Origin: a virus
Lineage: Duplodnaviria > Caudoviricetes
IMG/VR virus record: IMGVR_UViG_3300032272_001391
Span: 1 to 30,644 of that record
Length of the DNA stretch: 30,644 nucleotides
Reading direction: 5' to 3' (one strand)
Shown here: piece by piece, positions 1-9,525 of the stretch
How the letters are laid out: every line of letters begins with the position of its first letter
How positions within the stretch are numbered: position 1 is the stretch's first letter
Notes under the pieces: model-generated
Databases searched by the model: none
What the model saw: only the letters and a program-made list of their open reading frames with translations
Told to the model about the DNA's origin: nothing
Made by a program: the position numbers and the translations under genes

Positions 1-510
1 ATGGGAAAAGTTGTTAAGCTTAATACTAAGAATACTCTCGATAAGGGATTGAGAAAATATTTTAAACTGGCCGGTGTTTCTAAAAACAAATCGTCGGGCG
101 CTGATTTGTTGGCTAAGACGAAAATAGGGTTACAGTTTATAAATTTTATTATTAATGGTTCGCCAAGCGAGGGAGTTGTCCCCCCTGTTTTCCAAGGAAT
201 ATTAAGAGCTTCTGGTTCTGTACACGTGGGGTCTAAATTTGTTGGTGGAAACAACCTTATGGGTCAAGGTGCTGGGTTGGGCGCTACTTCGCTATCGAAT
301 AGAACTTTTAATGGTAAGTCTTCGGTTGTAACAATAGGGTTTAATACTTCGTATGCTGTCCGAATGCACGAAACGGATTGGGAGCCTGGGCCAGTGTCAA
401 AGCAAAGCGGTGATGTAGGAAATAAATTTGTTGAAAAACATATAGCCGCAGATGGTAGAACTATGATAAAAATGTATTCTTTAATTTTTAAAAAGGAGAC
501 CAGGGGATGA
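1..510 (+). CDS. Neck/tail-completion protein (HK97 gp10-like/minor capsid)
   Basis: G-x-LRAS and 'GFNTSYAVRMHE...GNKFVE' motifs typical of this family; lies directly before the tail terminator and major tail genes. Confidence 0.65.
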   Translation: MGKVVKLNTKNTLDKGLRKYFKLAGVSKNKSSGADLLAKTKIGLQFINFIINGSPSEGVVPPVFQGILRASGSVHVGSKFVGGNNLMGQGAGLGATSLSNRTFNGKSSVVTIGFNTSYAVRMHETDWEPGPVSKQSGDVGNKFVEKHIAADGRTMIKMYSLIFKKETRG

Positions 511-914
511 TTTATAATCTTGTACAGCTTATAAGATCAACTTTTCCCGCATGGATAGTTTACGCCAATACAAGGGAAGCGACAGCGGGACAAGAAGCGG
601 TCCCGGATGAATGTATATTAGTCAGAGAGACCGGCGGAAATCCTGGGGTATGGGCTGACTTAGAAATACCTACAGTTCAGATAATAACCAGGGCAGCAAG
701 TACGCCACAAGCAAGGTTATTATCGCAACAAATATTTGACTTGATCAATTCAAAATTCGGATTGATATTACCGGCGATTACGGTTGACTCCGTAGTCTAT
801 CCGGCTATAAGTACCTCTCAAATAAGCGCAATACAGCAACCGTTTTGTTTGGGAAAAGATGACCAAAGAAGAACAGAATTTACAAACAACTATCAAGTTT
901 ACTTTAAGGCTTGA
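507..914 (+). CDS. Tail terminator / minor capsid-type protein
   Basis: 135 aa with 'PTVQIITRA', 'QQPFCLGKDDQRRTEFTNNY'; position upstream of the major tail gene. Confidence 0.65.
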   Translation: MIYNLVQLIRSTFPAWIVYANTREATAGQEAVPDECILVRETGGNPGVWADLEIPTVQIITRAASTPQARLLSQQIFDLINSKFGLILPAITVDSVVYPAISTSQISAIQQPFCLGKDDQRRTEFTNNYQVYFKA

Positions 915-926
915 TAAGGGGGACTT

Positions 927-1481
927 ATGGCAAATCCACCTATCGGAAATAATTTTATAGACGGCCCTTTAGGGGTAGTAAAACTTGAATTTGATAATGT
1001 AGACTATGGAAAAACTCTCGACAACACAGAGTTAGAGACCATAGAGGATATCAAAGATATTTTTCATGCACAAGACGGTACCCAACCATGGGACAAGATA
1101 CCTACGGGAATGGCAAAGCAAATCACTTGCCAATTTTCTGAGTTAGACAATCCATTAATTGGGGCTATGATTAGAGGTGTATCAGTCTCGGGCGGTGGAA
1201 ATAGTTTAAAATTTGGTAGAGACATTTACAGGTCTGGCCGTGACAATTTCGCAAAAAGGCTAAAAGTTAGCCGAGTAGATAGCGACGGGGTGGCTTCAAC
1301 TAATGTCCGTTTTGTAGCGAATTACTACAAAGCTATGCCAACAATTAACGGGCCTATTACTTTTGGGCCGGATGAACAAAAGATATTGTCAATTATATTT
1401 TATATTTTTTATGATACTGTTAATGGGGCTTTTGGTTATACCGGGTACCCAACAAGCAACGGGTTAGCAGCAGCAACCTAA
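927..1481 (+). CDS. Major tail (tube) protein
   Basis: 184 aa beta-rich protein with 'GPLGVVKLEFDNVDYGKT'; synteny before chaperone and tape measure. Confidence 0.7.
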   Translation: MANPPIGNNFIDGPLGVVKLEFDNVDYGKTLDNTELETIEDIKDIFHAQDGTQPWDKIPTGMAKQITCQFSELDNPLIGAMIRGVSVSGGGNSLKFGRDIYRSGRDNFAKRLKVSRVDSDGVASTNVRFVANYYKAMPTINGPITFGPDEQKILSIIFYIFYDTVNGAFGYTGYPTSNGLAAAT

Positions 1482-1502
1482 AAAACAAGGAGAATAATTT
1501 AA

Positions 1503-1775
1503 ATGAAGATTTTTGAAGCTCCAAAACAAGAGCAAGTACAGGTATCAGATAAGCAAGGCAACCCCGTAATTCTTAATATTAACATGTTAATGACTACGGC
1601 AGAAGCTGACGAAATGATGGATAAAAATAGATTAGTTGATCAGGCGGTAGCTTGTTTTGGTGGAAAAGTAGAGGATTATATGGAAATCCCGGTTGCTCCT
1701 CTGATGAAAGCGGTGCAATATACAATTAAGGCACTCAGAAACCCGGACGAAGCCACCGAAATAAAGCAAGGTTAA
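1503..1775 (+). CDS. Tail assembly chaperone (G-type)
   Basis: Between major tail and tape measure genes; AAGGAG RBS; slippery heptamer near the 3' end. Confidence 0.7.
   Translation: MKIFEAPKQEQVQVSDKQGNPVILNINMLMTTAEADEMMDKNRLVDQAVACFGGKVEDYMEIPVAPLMKAVQYTIKALRNPDEATEIKQG
1739..1745 (+). promoter_or_regulatory. Putative -1 programmed frameshift site A-AAC-CCG
   Basis: Fits X XXY YYZ in the chaperone frame; the -1 frame is open from 1730 to the stop at 2080. Confidence 0.7.
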
Positions 1776-2080
1776 TTCTCCGGCTTGTAAGATATGGCTT
1801 TTCGGTGGCTGATATTTTAACCATGGATAATGAGATTGATATATTGACCACCACAGGGATATATCAGCAGCTAACCAAGGAAGAGGAGATCTCCTTGGAA
1901 CAACAAAAAATGAACATCGCAGAAGCCGTAAAAGCTGGGATGGCCGCAACCCAAAGTAAAACGGGAGTGGCTTGGTACCAAAGATGGTGGAATCGATGTA
2001 AAAGGAAGATAAGGAAACTGTCAGGATTGGAAACCCACACGGTATGGGATACCATGGGGAGTAAATCTTCTAGGTTGTAA
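1742..2080 (+). CDS. Tail chaperone T portion (C-terminal part of the G-T fusion)
   Basis: The -1 frame reads PGRSHRNKARLILRLVRYGFSVADILTM...; no clear RBS before the GTG at 1805. Confidence 0.65.
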   Translation, partial: PGRSHRNKARLILRLVRYGFSVADILTMDNEIDILTTTGIYQQLTKEEEISLEQQKMNIAEAVKAGMAATQSKTGVAWYQRWWNRCKRKIRKLSGLETHTVWDTMGSKSSRL

Positions 2081-2083
2081 ATA

Positions 2084-4597
2084 ATGGCTTTTGATGCTGG
2101 GGCGGTTAAAGGATCAATAATCCTTGACCCAACAAAGTGGACGGCTGGAGTTAAGACTGTACAAAAATCTAATGCCGCTTTCAAAAAGACTCTTAAGGCT
2201 GTGGGTACGGGCGTTCTTGCTGTTGGTACCGCTATAGCCGGAGCTCTTACCGCTTCAATTGTTAAGGCCGATGAATGGCAAAAGTCATTTTCTAATGTTC
2301 GGACATTAGTTGACGAGGCCCAGGTTGACGTACAAGGGATGGCTAAGGAGCTGCTTGTAATGGACGGGCGGTTAGGATCGGCTAAGGATCTTACAGAGGG
2401 CTTGTACCAAGCAATATCCGCTAGTGTCGAGCCTGCCGAAGCTGTCAAGTTTGTGGGTGAAGCTGCGAAATTTGCCGGGGCCGCCCTTGTCTCTACCAAT
2501 ACCGCAGTTGATGTAATCACTACCGGGCTTAATGCTTACGGCCTGGAGGCAGACGCAGCCACCAGTATTTCAGACAAATTATTCACAGTTATTAAGACTG
2601 GTAAAACTACCGGGGATGAGTTGGCCGCTACTATTGGTCAATCGATCCCTCTTGCCGCCAATATGGGGATTTCTTTTGACGAACTGGGTGCCTCAATTTC
2701 AGTGATGACTAGGCAAGGTATTAAGTCAGCTGAGGCAACGACGCAATTTAACGCTGTTGTTAACGCATTTCTAAAACCTTCCGAAGAAATGACAGACAAT
2801 TTAAAAGCTATGGGTTTTGAATCTGGAAGCGCTGCTATTGAGCAATTAGGATTCAAGGGAGCATTGGAGGCTGTCACAGGATCAACAGACGGGAGCAAAG
2901 AAGCTTTGTCAGGGTTGTTTTCAAACACAAGAGCTTTGCGGGGGGCGATGGCTCTTACCGGAGAGGGTGCAAAAGATTTTGATTCTATCCTTAATGAAAT
3001 AACGGATAGTACCGGAGCAACAGACACCGCTTTTCAAAAACAGGAAAAAACATTTGCTACGTTTAAAAACACTTCTGGTAATCTTGCCGTAATCGTGGGC
3101 AATATTGGCAAATCGTTTGCTGACGAATTAGCAGTAGGGGCGACAGAGGCCGCAGATGGAATGATAAAATTCCTTGTAAGTGGTCAAGGCGCAGAGGTAG
3201 TTAGTAATATTATTGCCGGGGTGACATCCGGGTTTGAATTATTCAAGAAGGTTTTAGGGCCGATTGTTAACGTTTTATTAGTGGAAGGTAAGGAGTTGTT
3301 TGGAACTATTGGAGCGGCAATTGATGATTTAGGAGGAGGGACCGCAGAGGCTGCCGGCGCTTTTAATATTCTGTCTTTTGGTGTGAATGTGGTAACATCC
3401 GTTTTCAAGGTAATGTCCACAACTTTACAGGCAGCAATAACTAACGTTTCGAACTTAATAACAGCGATACGTTTATCGGGCGGTGTAGTTGATAATTTTT
3501 TCAAGTTCCTTTCTGGTAAAAAGAAATGGGGCGAAGTTGTCAGCCAGGCAGACGCAGCCGGAAAAGCATTTAAAACTTTTGCATTAGAAATGGGAGAAGG
3601 GTATAAAGATGTTTTCGGTACAATAGTAGACGAGGCTAAGGGATTTCGGGAAAAAGTCACATCCGGCGCTAAAGAGATGGACGTTGTTGTAAAAACTACC
3701 TTTAAGACCACTAAAGATAATGTAAAATCTGTATATGGAGAATTAATAACAGGGCAGGCCGCTATGGTTGACGCTGTTACCGCAGGGGTAGAGTCCGTCG
3801 GGGCAGCTCTTGACGGTGTGGCAGAAAATACGAAAACTACCAGTGATGAAGCAACCATGATCATAACTGACAACATGCTGCAAGTCGAAAGAATAGCCAG
3901 AGCAACGGCGATTCAAAGAATGCTTTTTGAGCGCCGGGCACAATTTGAGATTGATGCGATAAGGCAAGCTACTTTTTTAGCAGAGCAAGAAAGACAAGAG
4001 CAATTACAATTAGAATATCAAAAAACAGCAAGCCAATTAATAACAACTTTTGGGCCTGTTTTGGATTCTGTTGGGGTTTCTTTAATCGAAAATTTTAACT
4101 TACAAAAAGAATTGTCAGAGTTGCAAGCTAGTGCGTTCGAGACAGAAGAAGAATTTCTTGAGGCTCAGTCAATTTTATTAGGAAAACAGGAAACCGTATG
4201 GCAAGGCATAAAAAAAGCTTCTTTAAACGCTATTGCCGGGGTTGTTCGAGGCTTTGCGGAACAGTGGGCTTTACAGTCTGCCGCTGCTTTTTTTGCTGGT
4301 AATTTTGCAAGTGGAGCAGGTTTTGCTGCGGCTTCTGCGGCTGGCTTTGTTGCTGCGGCCGCTATCCCCGGATTCGCAAGGGGTGGAGTTGCCCAAGGGC
4401 CTGCTATCGTAGGAGAAAACGGGCCAGAGTTGGTTAATTTTGGAGAACCTTCCCGGGTATTCCCTTCGGACGAAACAAGCCGAATGATGGGAGCGGTAAC
4501 CCAAAACAATACCATTTATGTCAATAATGATGCTACGGCGGAAATGATGAGCCGAAAACTAGGCAGACAACTACAGAAGACACGGAGAGGTAATTAA
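2084..4597 (+). CDS. Tape measure protein (TP901-family core)
   Basis: 837 aa Ala/Gly-rich helical protein; 'LYQAISA', 'SDKLFTVIKTGKTT..ELA', 'MTRQGIKSAEATT'; C-terminal 'FARGG...IVGENGPELV'. Confidence 0.95.
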   Translation: MAFDAGAVKGSIILDPTKWTAGVKTVQKSNAAFKKTLKAVGTGVLAVGTAIAGALTASIVKADEWQKSFSNVRTLVDEAQVDVQGMAKELLVMDGRLGSAKDLTEGLYQAISASVEPAEAVKFVGEAAKFAGAALVSTNTAVDVITTGLNAYGLEADAATSISDKLFTVIKTGKTTGDELAATIGQSIPLAANMGISFDELGASISVMTRQGIKSAEATTQFNAVVNAFLKPSEEMTDNLKAMGFESGSAAIEQLGFKGALEAVTGSTDGSKEALSGLFSNTRALRGAMALTGEGAKDFDSILNEITDSTGATDTAFQKQEKTFATFKNTSGNLAVIVGNIGKSFADELAVGATEAADGMIKFLVSGQGAEVVSNIIAGVTSGFELFKKVLGPIVNVLLVEGKELFGTIGAAIDDLGGGTAEAAGAFNILSFGVNVVTSVFKVMSTTLQAAITNVSNLITAIRLSGGVVDNFFKFLSGKKKWGEVVSQADAAGKAFKTFALEMGEGYKDVFGTIVDEAKGFREKVTSGAKEMDVVVKTTFKTTKDNVKSVYGELITGQAAMVDAVTAGVESVGAALDGVAENTKTTSDEATMIITDNMLQVERIARATAIQRMLFERRAQFEIDAIRQATFLAEQERQEQLQLEYQKTASQLITTFGPVLDSVGVSLIENFNLQKELSELQASAFETEEEFLEAQSILLGKQETVWQGIKKASLNAIAGVVRGFAEQWALQSAAAFFAGNFASGAGFAAASAAGFVAAAAIPGFARGGVAQGPAIVGENGPELVNFGEPSRVFPSDETSRMMGAVTQNNTIYVNNDATAEMMSRKLGRQLQKTRRGN

Positions 4598-5358
4598 TGG
4601 CTAACTTAGTTTTTACAGATGACAACGGCAACGTTTATAATTTTCCGGAGTCTTTTTGGTTGCTTGGGGGTGGAATTGATTCAAACATAAATGTAGTCAA
4701 TAGCTCCTTCGCTGCCGGTGGGCGTAATATATCAGACGGGTTTTTAAAATCCCGTGTAATATCCATAAAAGGAATTATCCAGGGCGACACTCAACAATTA
4801 TTTGAAAATGAGAAAAGGGCTTTTATTCAAGCTTGCATAAGGGGCGGTAAGCTATCAATAAGTAATGATGTAGTGTCTAGGGATATTGATTTAAGATTCC
4901 CGGTATTTTCATATGACCAAGAAGAGGGGCAGCAGCTTATCGATTACACTGTCGATTTTGTGGCTGAATTTGGGTTATGGGAAGATACAACGGAAACCGT
5001 GTCTACTAATATTGTAGCTGGAAATGATACGATAACGGTTACGGTAGCCGGTGACGAAACTGATTTTCTTGTCAAGCCTACTATAGAAGTTGACGCCGAT
5101 CAATCGGTAGATTTGCCAGGCGTAAAAATGACAAACAAAAGCGACGGGGCAACATCTTTTACATTCAATAGTTCTCTTTTTACCGCTGGGGATATATTGA
5201 CAATTAACACCAAAGAAGGGTCTGTTAAAAGAAACGGGTCAGATGAAGATTCGTCTTTTGATGGCAATTTTTTACGATTGCAACCAGGCGATAATATAAT
5301 TGATTATGAAGGGGCCGCCTGTACTATAATTTTTAAATTCAAGAAGGTGTATATGTAA
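4597..5358 (+). CDS. Distal tail protein (Dit)
   Basis: Follows the tape measure gene; C-terminal 'GNFLRLQPGDNIIDY' typical of siphovirus Dit. Confidence 0.8.
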   Translation: MANLVFTDDNGNVYNFPESFWLLGGGIDSNINVVNSSFAAGGRNISDGFLKSRVISIKGIIQGDTQQLFENEKRAFIQACIRGGKLSISNDVVSRDIDLRFPVFSYDQEEGQQLIDYTVDFVAEFGLWEDTTETVSTNIVAGNDTITVTVAGDETDFLVKPTIEVDADQSVDLPGVKMTNKSDGATSFTFNSSLFTAGDILTINTKEGSVKRNGSDEDSSFDGNFLRLQPGDNIIDYEGAACTIIFKFKKVYM

Positions 5359-6581
5359 TGGCCACGGCTTACGGATATGGGGCTTTTGGTGCTGGACCGT
5401 TTGGAGGGGGATCAACACCTCCCTTTTCAACAGGGATAGGTGCAACTATTGAATTATATGATAATACACTGGCAAGAAAAAAGACTTATCAGTCAGGGTC
5501 AGGTGATTTTATAGGGGTTCAATTTACTATCGATGAGTCCGGCCCAAGGGATTTTGTTTTGTTTTTTGCCGCACCCCAAATTATAGAAAAAAAAGATATT
5601 ATCAAAATTAGGCTTTTTAATTCGCTTGACTATTTTTTTATGGGCGTTGTTCGGAGTATCCCTATACCTGGAAGCACAAAAGCTGAATATAATTATTCAG
5701 GGTTTGGTATGAATGATTATCTTTTAAGGGTTAATGCAGAATCAAGAAGTTATTCAGGAGAAACTATAGAATTTATTTTGGACGATTTGCTTGATGACGT
5801 AATAATACCAAAAACGCCTATTGTAAAGAACTCAGCAAAAATATTGCCGCCAAATATTACAATAGATTTTGAAATTAACTATTCTCAAATCCCTGAGGTA
5901 ATAGAAGCGCTTAAGCAAATTGCAAACAGTGCCGGACAATATATAACCGGAGTAGACCAAGACGGTGAATTCTTTTTTCGTGAAAAGAGTACAGAGAAAA
6001 AAGCTTTCTTGGTTGTTGGTGCCCAGGGCCGTTATGGGATAGATGATTATCAGCCAGAAGATGAAACGGAAATTAGGACTAAGTATTTTTTGCTTGATAA
6101 AGACGGCGTTTTTATTTCTTCTGTCAATAGCACAGAGGATAATGATGTTTATGAGCAAAAAATAGTTGCGCCTGATATTGATAATACAACTTCTCAAATT
6201 TGGGCAGAGGGTATTCTTGCTGAAAATGAAACGATTACAAGGAGAGCAACAATTGAATGGAAAATTGAAAATGTAGACCCTTTGGTATTGGTTGCGGATG
6301 GTACGCTACGAATCCATTCTGAAATTCCGCCGACAGAGACGGCAGCCCCAAGCCCAAACCCTTACGGGTCAGGAACTTATGGGTCAGGGCTTTATGGAGG
6401 CGGTCAACCTACTGGAATTGTCGTTGACAATATCTTACAAGTTAAGGAAATTACTTATATATCAGTTGGCAATCAATCTATCAGGACTATCCAGCTAGGC
6501 AGTTTGCCTGTAAGACTGGATGAAGACATTATCAAGGTTCAAAAAAATATCACTGACCTAAGAGTGAGTTTGGGGAGATAA
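5358..6581 (+). CDS. Baseplate hub / Tal-like tail protein
   Basis: Follows Dit; 'FFMGVVRSI', 'EALKQIAN...GVDQDGEFFFRE' hub-like motifs. Confidence 0.7.
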   Translation: MATAYGYGAFGAGPFGGGSTPPFSTGIGATIELYDNTLARKKTYQSGSGDFIGVQFTIDESGPRDFVLFFAAPQIIEKKDIIKIRLFNSLDYFFMGVVRSIPIPGSTKAEYNYSGFGMNDYLLRVNAESRSYSGETIEFILDDLLDDVIIPKTPIVKNSAKILPPNITIDFEINYSQIPEVIEALKQIANSAGQYITGVDQDGEFFFREKSTEKKAFLVVGAQGRYGIDDYQPEDETEIRTKYFLLDKDGVFISSVNSTEDNDVYEQKIVAPDIDNTTSQIWAEGILAENETITRRATIEWKIENVDPLVLVADGTLRIHSEIPPTETAAPSPNPYGSGTYGSGLYGGGQPTGIVVDNILQVKEITYISVGNQSIRTIQLGSLPVRLDEDIIKVQKNITDLRVSLGR

Positions 6582-6584
6582 TAT

Positions 6585-7454
6585 ATGGCTAATGAATTTT
6601 TCAGAAAGCCGGTAATAGGCGGAGATCTTAATGTTTGGGGGCGCTATAATGATGCATTAATAAGTGATTCTATTGGTAATTATTCAAGCTATTTATTTGA
6701 CTCTGCGGGTGTGCTTAAATTATCACAGGGGTTAATTGGGATTGATGACGGGACTAATTATGGAGTAGCGGATATTGACACGGAAACAACTATCGATATT
6801 TCTGGTATTTCAAATAGTAATTGGGCACAAATTGAATTATCTGTGTCGGGAACTTCTGTAACATTAACCGCTACGGATATAGCTGGAGCAACAAACCAGG
6901 TTGTAGAACCAGTTAATTTTACAAGTTCGTTTAATCCTGAAAAGTCTGGATATTATATAAATTCAGATAAAAGATGCATAGGAATAATTTGGAAAAATTC
7001 ATCAGGGAATTTAAAATCTATTATCAATAGTAATAGCAAATCAATAGGGTATTATGGGAATATAATAGTTGATGGGTCGGGAGCTAATGACGAGGGAGAA
7101 ACCTTGTATTACATGGAAATTAAAAGCGGATATGTCCGAAGAGATGTTCAAATTAAAATAGGGACTTGGAATCTTGATGGGGTTAGTAGTGTTGCCGTTG
7201 GGTGGCCATTCGGTGGGATACCTACTAGAGTGCGCAAGCCTTCTGTAAGTATAATTAATGATTTAGAAAATGCTATATATGATCTATCACAAATGGATAA
7301 TAATGCAGATCCTTCTTTATTGGCCGGGGGGATAGAATTTTTCGTTGCTGCTGGTATTCAAATAAAAAGAAGAACCGGGGGCCTATTCGATAACACATCA
7401 TTTGACAGGATCGACATGAACAGAGGATATATTAATTTTAGCTTAGGAGAATAA
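6585..7454 (+). CDS. Tail fibre / receptor-binding protein 1
   Basis: Position after the hub; N-terminal ~150 aa paralogous to the next gene; distinct beta-rich C-terminus. Confidence 0.6.
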   Translation: MANEFFRKPVIGGDLNVWGRYNDALISDSIGNYSSYLFDSAGVLKLSQGLIGIDDGTNYGVADIDTETTIDISGISNSNWAQIELSVSGTSVTLTATDIAGATNQVVEPVNFTSSFNPEKSGYYINSDKRCIGIIWKNSSGNLKSIINSNSKSIGYYGNIIVDGSGANDEGETLYYMEIKSGYVRRDVQIKIGTWNLDGVSSVAVGWPFGGIPTRVRKPSVSIINDLENAIYDLSQMDNNADPSLLAGGIEFFVAAGIQIKRRTGGLFDNTSFDRIDMNRGYINFSLGE

Positions 7455-7456
7455 AG

Positions 7457-8383
7457 ATGGCTAACGAATTTACGCCGGAACCGGCAGACGGTGGAGACAT
7501 AGGAGTTTGGGGGCCGCTTGAATTAGCCCAAAATAGGATTGCACTCGGAGCAAAAACAATCAAGCTGTATAATGACAGTGGCGCTCTTAAAATGACCGTT
7601 GGTAAAATCGGGCTTGATAACGATAGTAAAAAAGGTACTGTTGATTATGACTCTATTGTTACCATAAGTCTTGCCGCTATCTCTACAAGCAATTGGGCAA
7701 AGGTAGAATTATCAGTATCGGGAACCACCCCCACAATAGCAGCGGTTGACATGTCCGGGGCCACAGATTCAAAAGTAATTCCGGCAGCTTTTAGGGATGC
7801 ATACAACCCGGCCAAGGGTGGATATTATATTGAGTCAACAAAAAGATGCATAGGGATTATTTACCTTGACAGCGGGGACGCTCTTGATAACATAATTAAT
7901 GTGTTTTCTGTCGATGAAGGATTTTCAGGTAGTAATAGCAATGTATTAAATCGGAATAATGAATATTTTGGAATCTGTCCGGTGGGTACGGTTTTGTCTT
8001 GGCACAAATCTTTTACTAATACACCTGAGCTACCAGAAAATTGGGTTGAATGTAACGGTCAAGTTCTGAGTGATAGCGAGTCTGTATACGACGGCCAGAC
8101 TATCCCGGATATTAACGGGGATGGTAGATTTATTCGGGGTTCCGCTACTTCTGGTACAGAGCAAGACCATGCTTTTCAGGGTCATGGGCATGATGTTTTT
8201 TCTGAGGGTTCAGGTGGATCAGCTAGAATACAAATTCAAGCAGCTAGTGGTGATAATGTACCAAGCGGCGATTTGCTTGGCGGTGCTATGGATATAATAG
8301 AAGATGCTCACGGAGTGCCTAATGTAGCCACAGAAACAAGACCTATTAATATTAGCATGGTTTGGATAATTAGAATAAAATAA
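7457..8383 (+). CDS. Tail fibre / receptor-binding protein 2 with tail-collar domain
   Basis: 'PVGTVLSW...LPENWVECNGQ...PDINGDGRFIRG...QDHAFQGHGH...ETRPINISMVWIIRI' is a collar/short-fibre signature. Confidence 0.85.
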   Translation: MANEFTPEPADGGDIGVWGPLELAQNRIALGAKTIKLYNDSGALKMTVGKIGLDNDSKKGTVDYDSIVTISLAAISTSNWAKVELSVSGTTPTIAAVDMSGATDSKVIPAAFRDAYNPAKGGYYIESTKRCIGIIYLDSGDALDNIINVFSVDEGFSGSNSNVLNRNNEYFGICPVGTVLSWHKSFTNTPELPENWVECNGQVLSDSESVYDGQTIPDINGDGRFIRGSATSGTEQDHAFQGHGHDVFSEGSGGSARIQIQAASGDNVPSGDLLGGAMDIIEDAHGVPNVATETRPINISMVWIIRIK

Positions 8384-8416
8384 CCGGGTATACCGGTATA
8401 AAATAGGAGAGTAACA

Positions 8417-8806
8417 ATGGACAATAACACAAAAGAGGTAGTAAACGCATTTACCACAAGTGGAGTGGTAGGAAAAGTATTAATAGTATTCATGATAATA
8501 TTTGTTATTTTTTTTGTTTGGGACAAGGTGGATAACAACCGCAGTTTTCAAGAGTACGTAAAGCAAGGCGAGACGTTACAGGTTTTGGTTAAAAATCAAG
8601 CACAAGTAGAAGCAATTAAAAAATGCGTAAATTTAGCGGTAGATAGTGCTATTTCTGAATTTAATAAAAATTTTATCCCTCAATTAGGAAAAACACTACA
8701 AGATAGCGGAATCCCGTTCCCTCAAGATTTAAATATGTCTATATTAAATGTAAGGCAAGATTTTCTTGAGGTTAAAAATTGTTTGATTTTTCCGAAAAAG
8801 GAGTAG
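8417..8806 (+). CDS. Single-pass membrane protein of the lysis region
   Basis: One strong N-terminal TM segment (VLIVFMIIFVIFFVW); AGGAG RBS; adjacent to the endolysin. Confidence 0.5.
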   Translation: MDNNTKEVVNAFTTSGVVGKVLIVFMIIFVIFFVWDKVDNNRSFQEYVKQGETLQVLVKNQAQVEAIKKCVNLAVDSAISEFNKNFIPQLGKTLQDSGIPFPQDLNMSILNVRQDFLEVKNCLIFPKKE

Positions 8807-8809
8807 ATT

Positions 8810-9343
8810 ATGAAACTTAACTGGTCAAAATTATCTTCATTAGAGAAATTGCAATTTTATAAAATGTCTACAGAAGACAGATATAAATACATGTTACTCA
8901 TTCAAAAAGGGTCGCCCTATGGATGGGGCAAGGAAAGCCCAGAAACCGCAGATTGCTCTGGGGCTGTGTGCCTGGCTATTATGGCAGGGATAGGCAAAGG
9001 GATAAGAACCACAGCAAACGGGCTTTACCATGAAATATTTACCGAGGCCCCCAACGGGATTGACGTCGCATTTTACCAGACAAAAAAACCGCAAAAGCAC
9101 GGTAATAGAACGGTACCGGATGGCCATATCGTGCACGTAGCCGGTTTTGTAGATAAGGGGGTGGTACTTAACATGACACCCCCCAAGGCAAAGATACAAT
9201 CAATCGAATCTTTTACTAATTACGGGGATCGTTACGGGTTCAAGGTAATCATCCGGGGGGCTTCTATGTCCCAACTTAGAAAGCATGATGGTATCCTAAT
9301 GTCAGGGATAGACCAGGTTATTGATGATTTATTCAAGGAGTAA
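8810..9343 (+). CDS. NlpC/P60-family peptidase, probable endolysin
   Basis: 'PYGWG...ADCSG' catalytic Cys and 'HVAGFV' His; located in the lysis module. Confidence 0.8.
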   Translation: MKLNWSKLSSLEKLQFYKMSTEDRYKYMLLIQKGSPYGWGKESPETADCSGAVCLAIMAGIGKGIRTTANGLYHEIFTEAPNGIDVAFYQTKKPQKHGNRTVPDGHIVHVAGFVDKGVVLNMTPPKAKIQSIESFTNYGDRYGFKVIIRGASMSQLRKHDGILMSGIDQVIDDLFKE

Positions 9344-9345
9344 AT

Positions 9346-9525
9346 ATGCGTAAAATTAAAAGCCGCAAGGTGTGGGTTATGATAGTATTCACTATCTTTA
9401 TGGTAGTATTGTTAATAAGGTCTATCCCTGACTTTATGGATGCGCTGCCTTATTACTCGGGGATATGCGGGTTGTTTATAGGCGGGAATGTTGCCCAAAA
9501 GTGGATATTGAAAGGAAAAGGATAA
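9346..9525 (+). CDS. Small two-TM holin (59 aa, absent from the ORF track)
   Basis: MRKIKSRKVWVMIVFTIFMVVLLIRSIPDFMDALPYYSGICGLFIGGNVAQKWILKGKG; AAGGAG RBS; directly after the endolysin. Confidence 0.75.
   Translation: MRKIKSRKVWVMIVFTIFMVVLLIRSIPDFMDALPYYSGICGLFIGGNVAQKWILKGKG

Noticed and set aside
1864-4515. Long antisense ORFs over the tape measure gene
   Set aside because: Shadow frames of an Ala/Gly/Thr-rich gene; no RBS or protein motifs
6585-8383. Diversity-generating retroelement or invertible fibre switch
   Set aside because: No reverse transcriptase or invertase; similarity is N-terminal and protein-level, not an adenine-specific TR/VR pair
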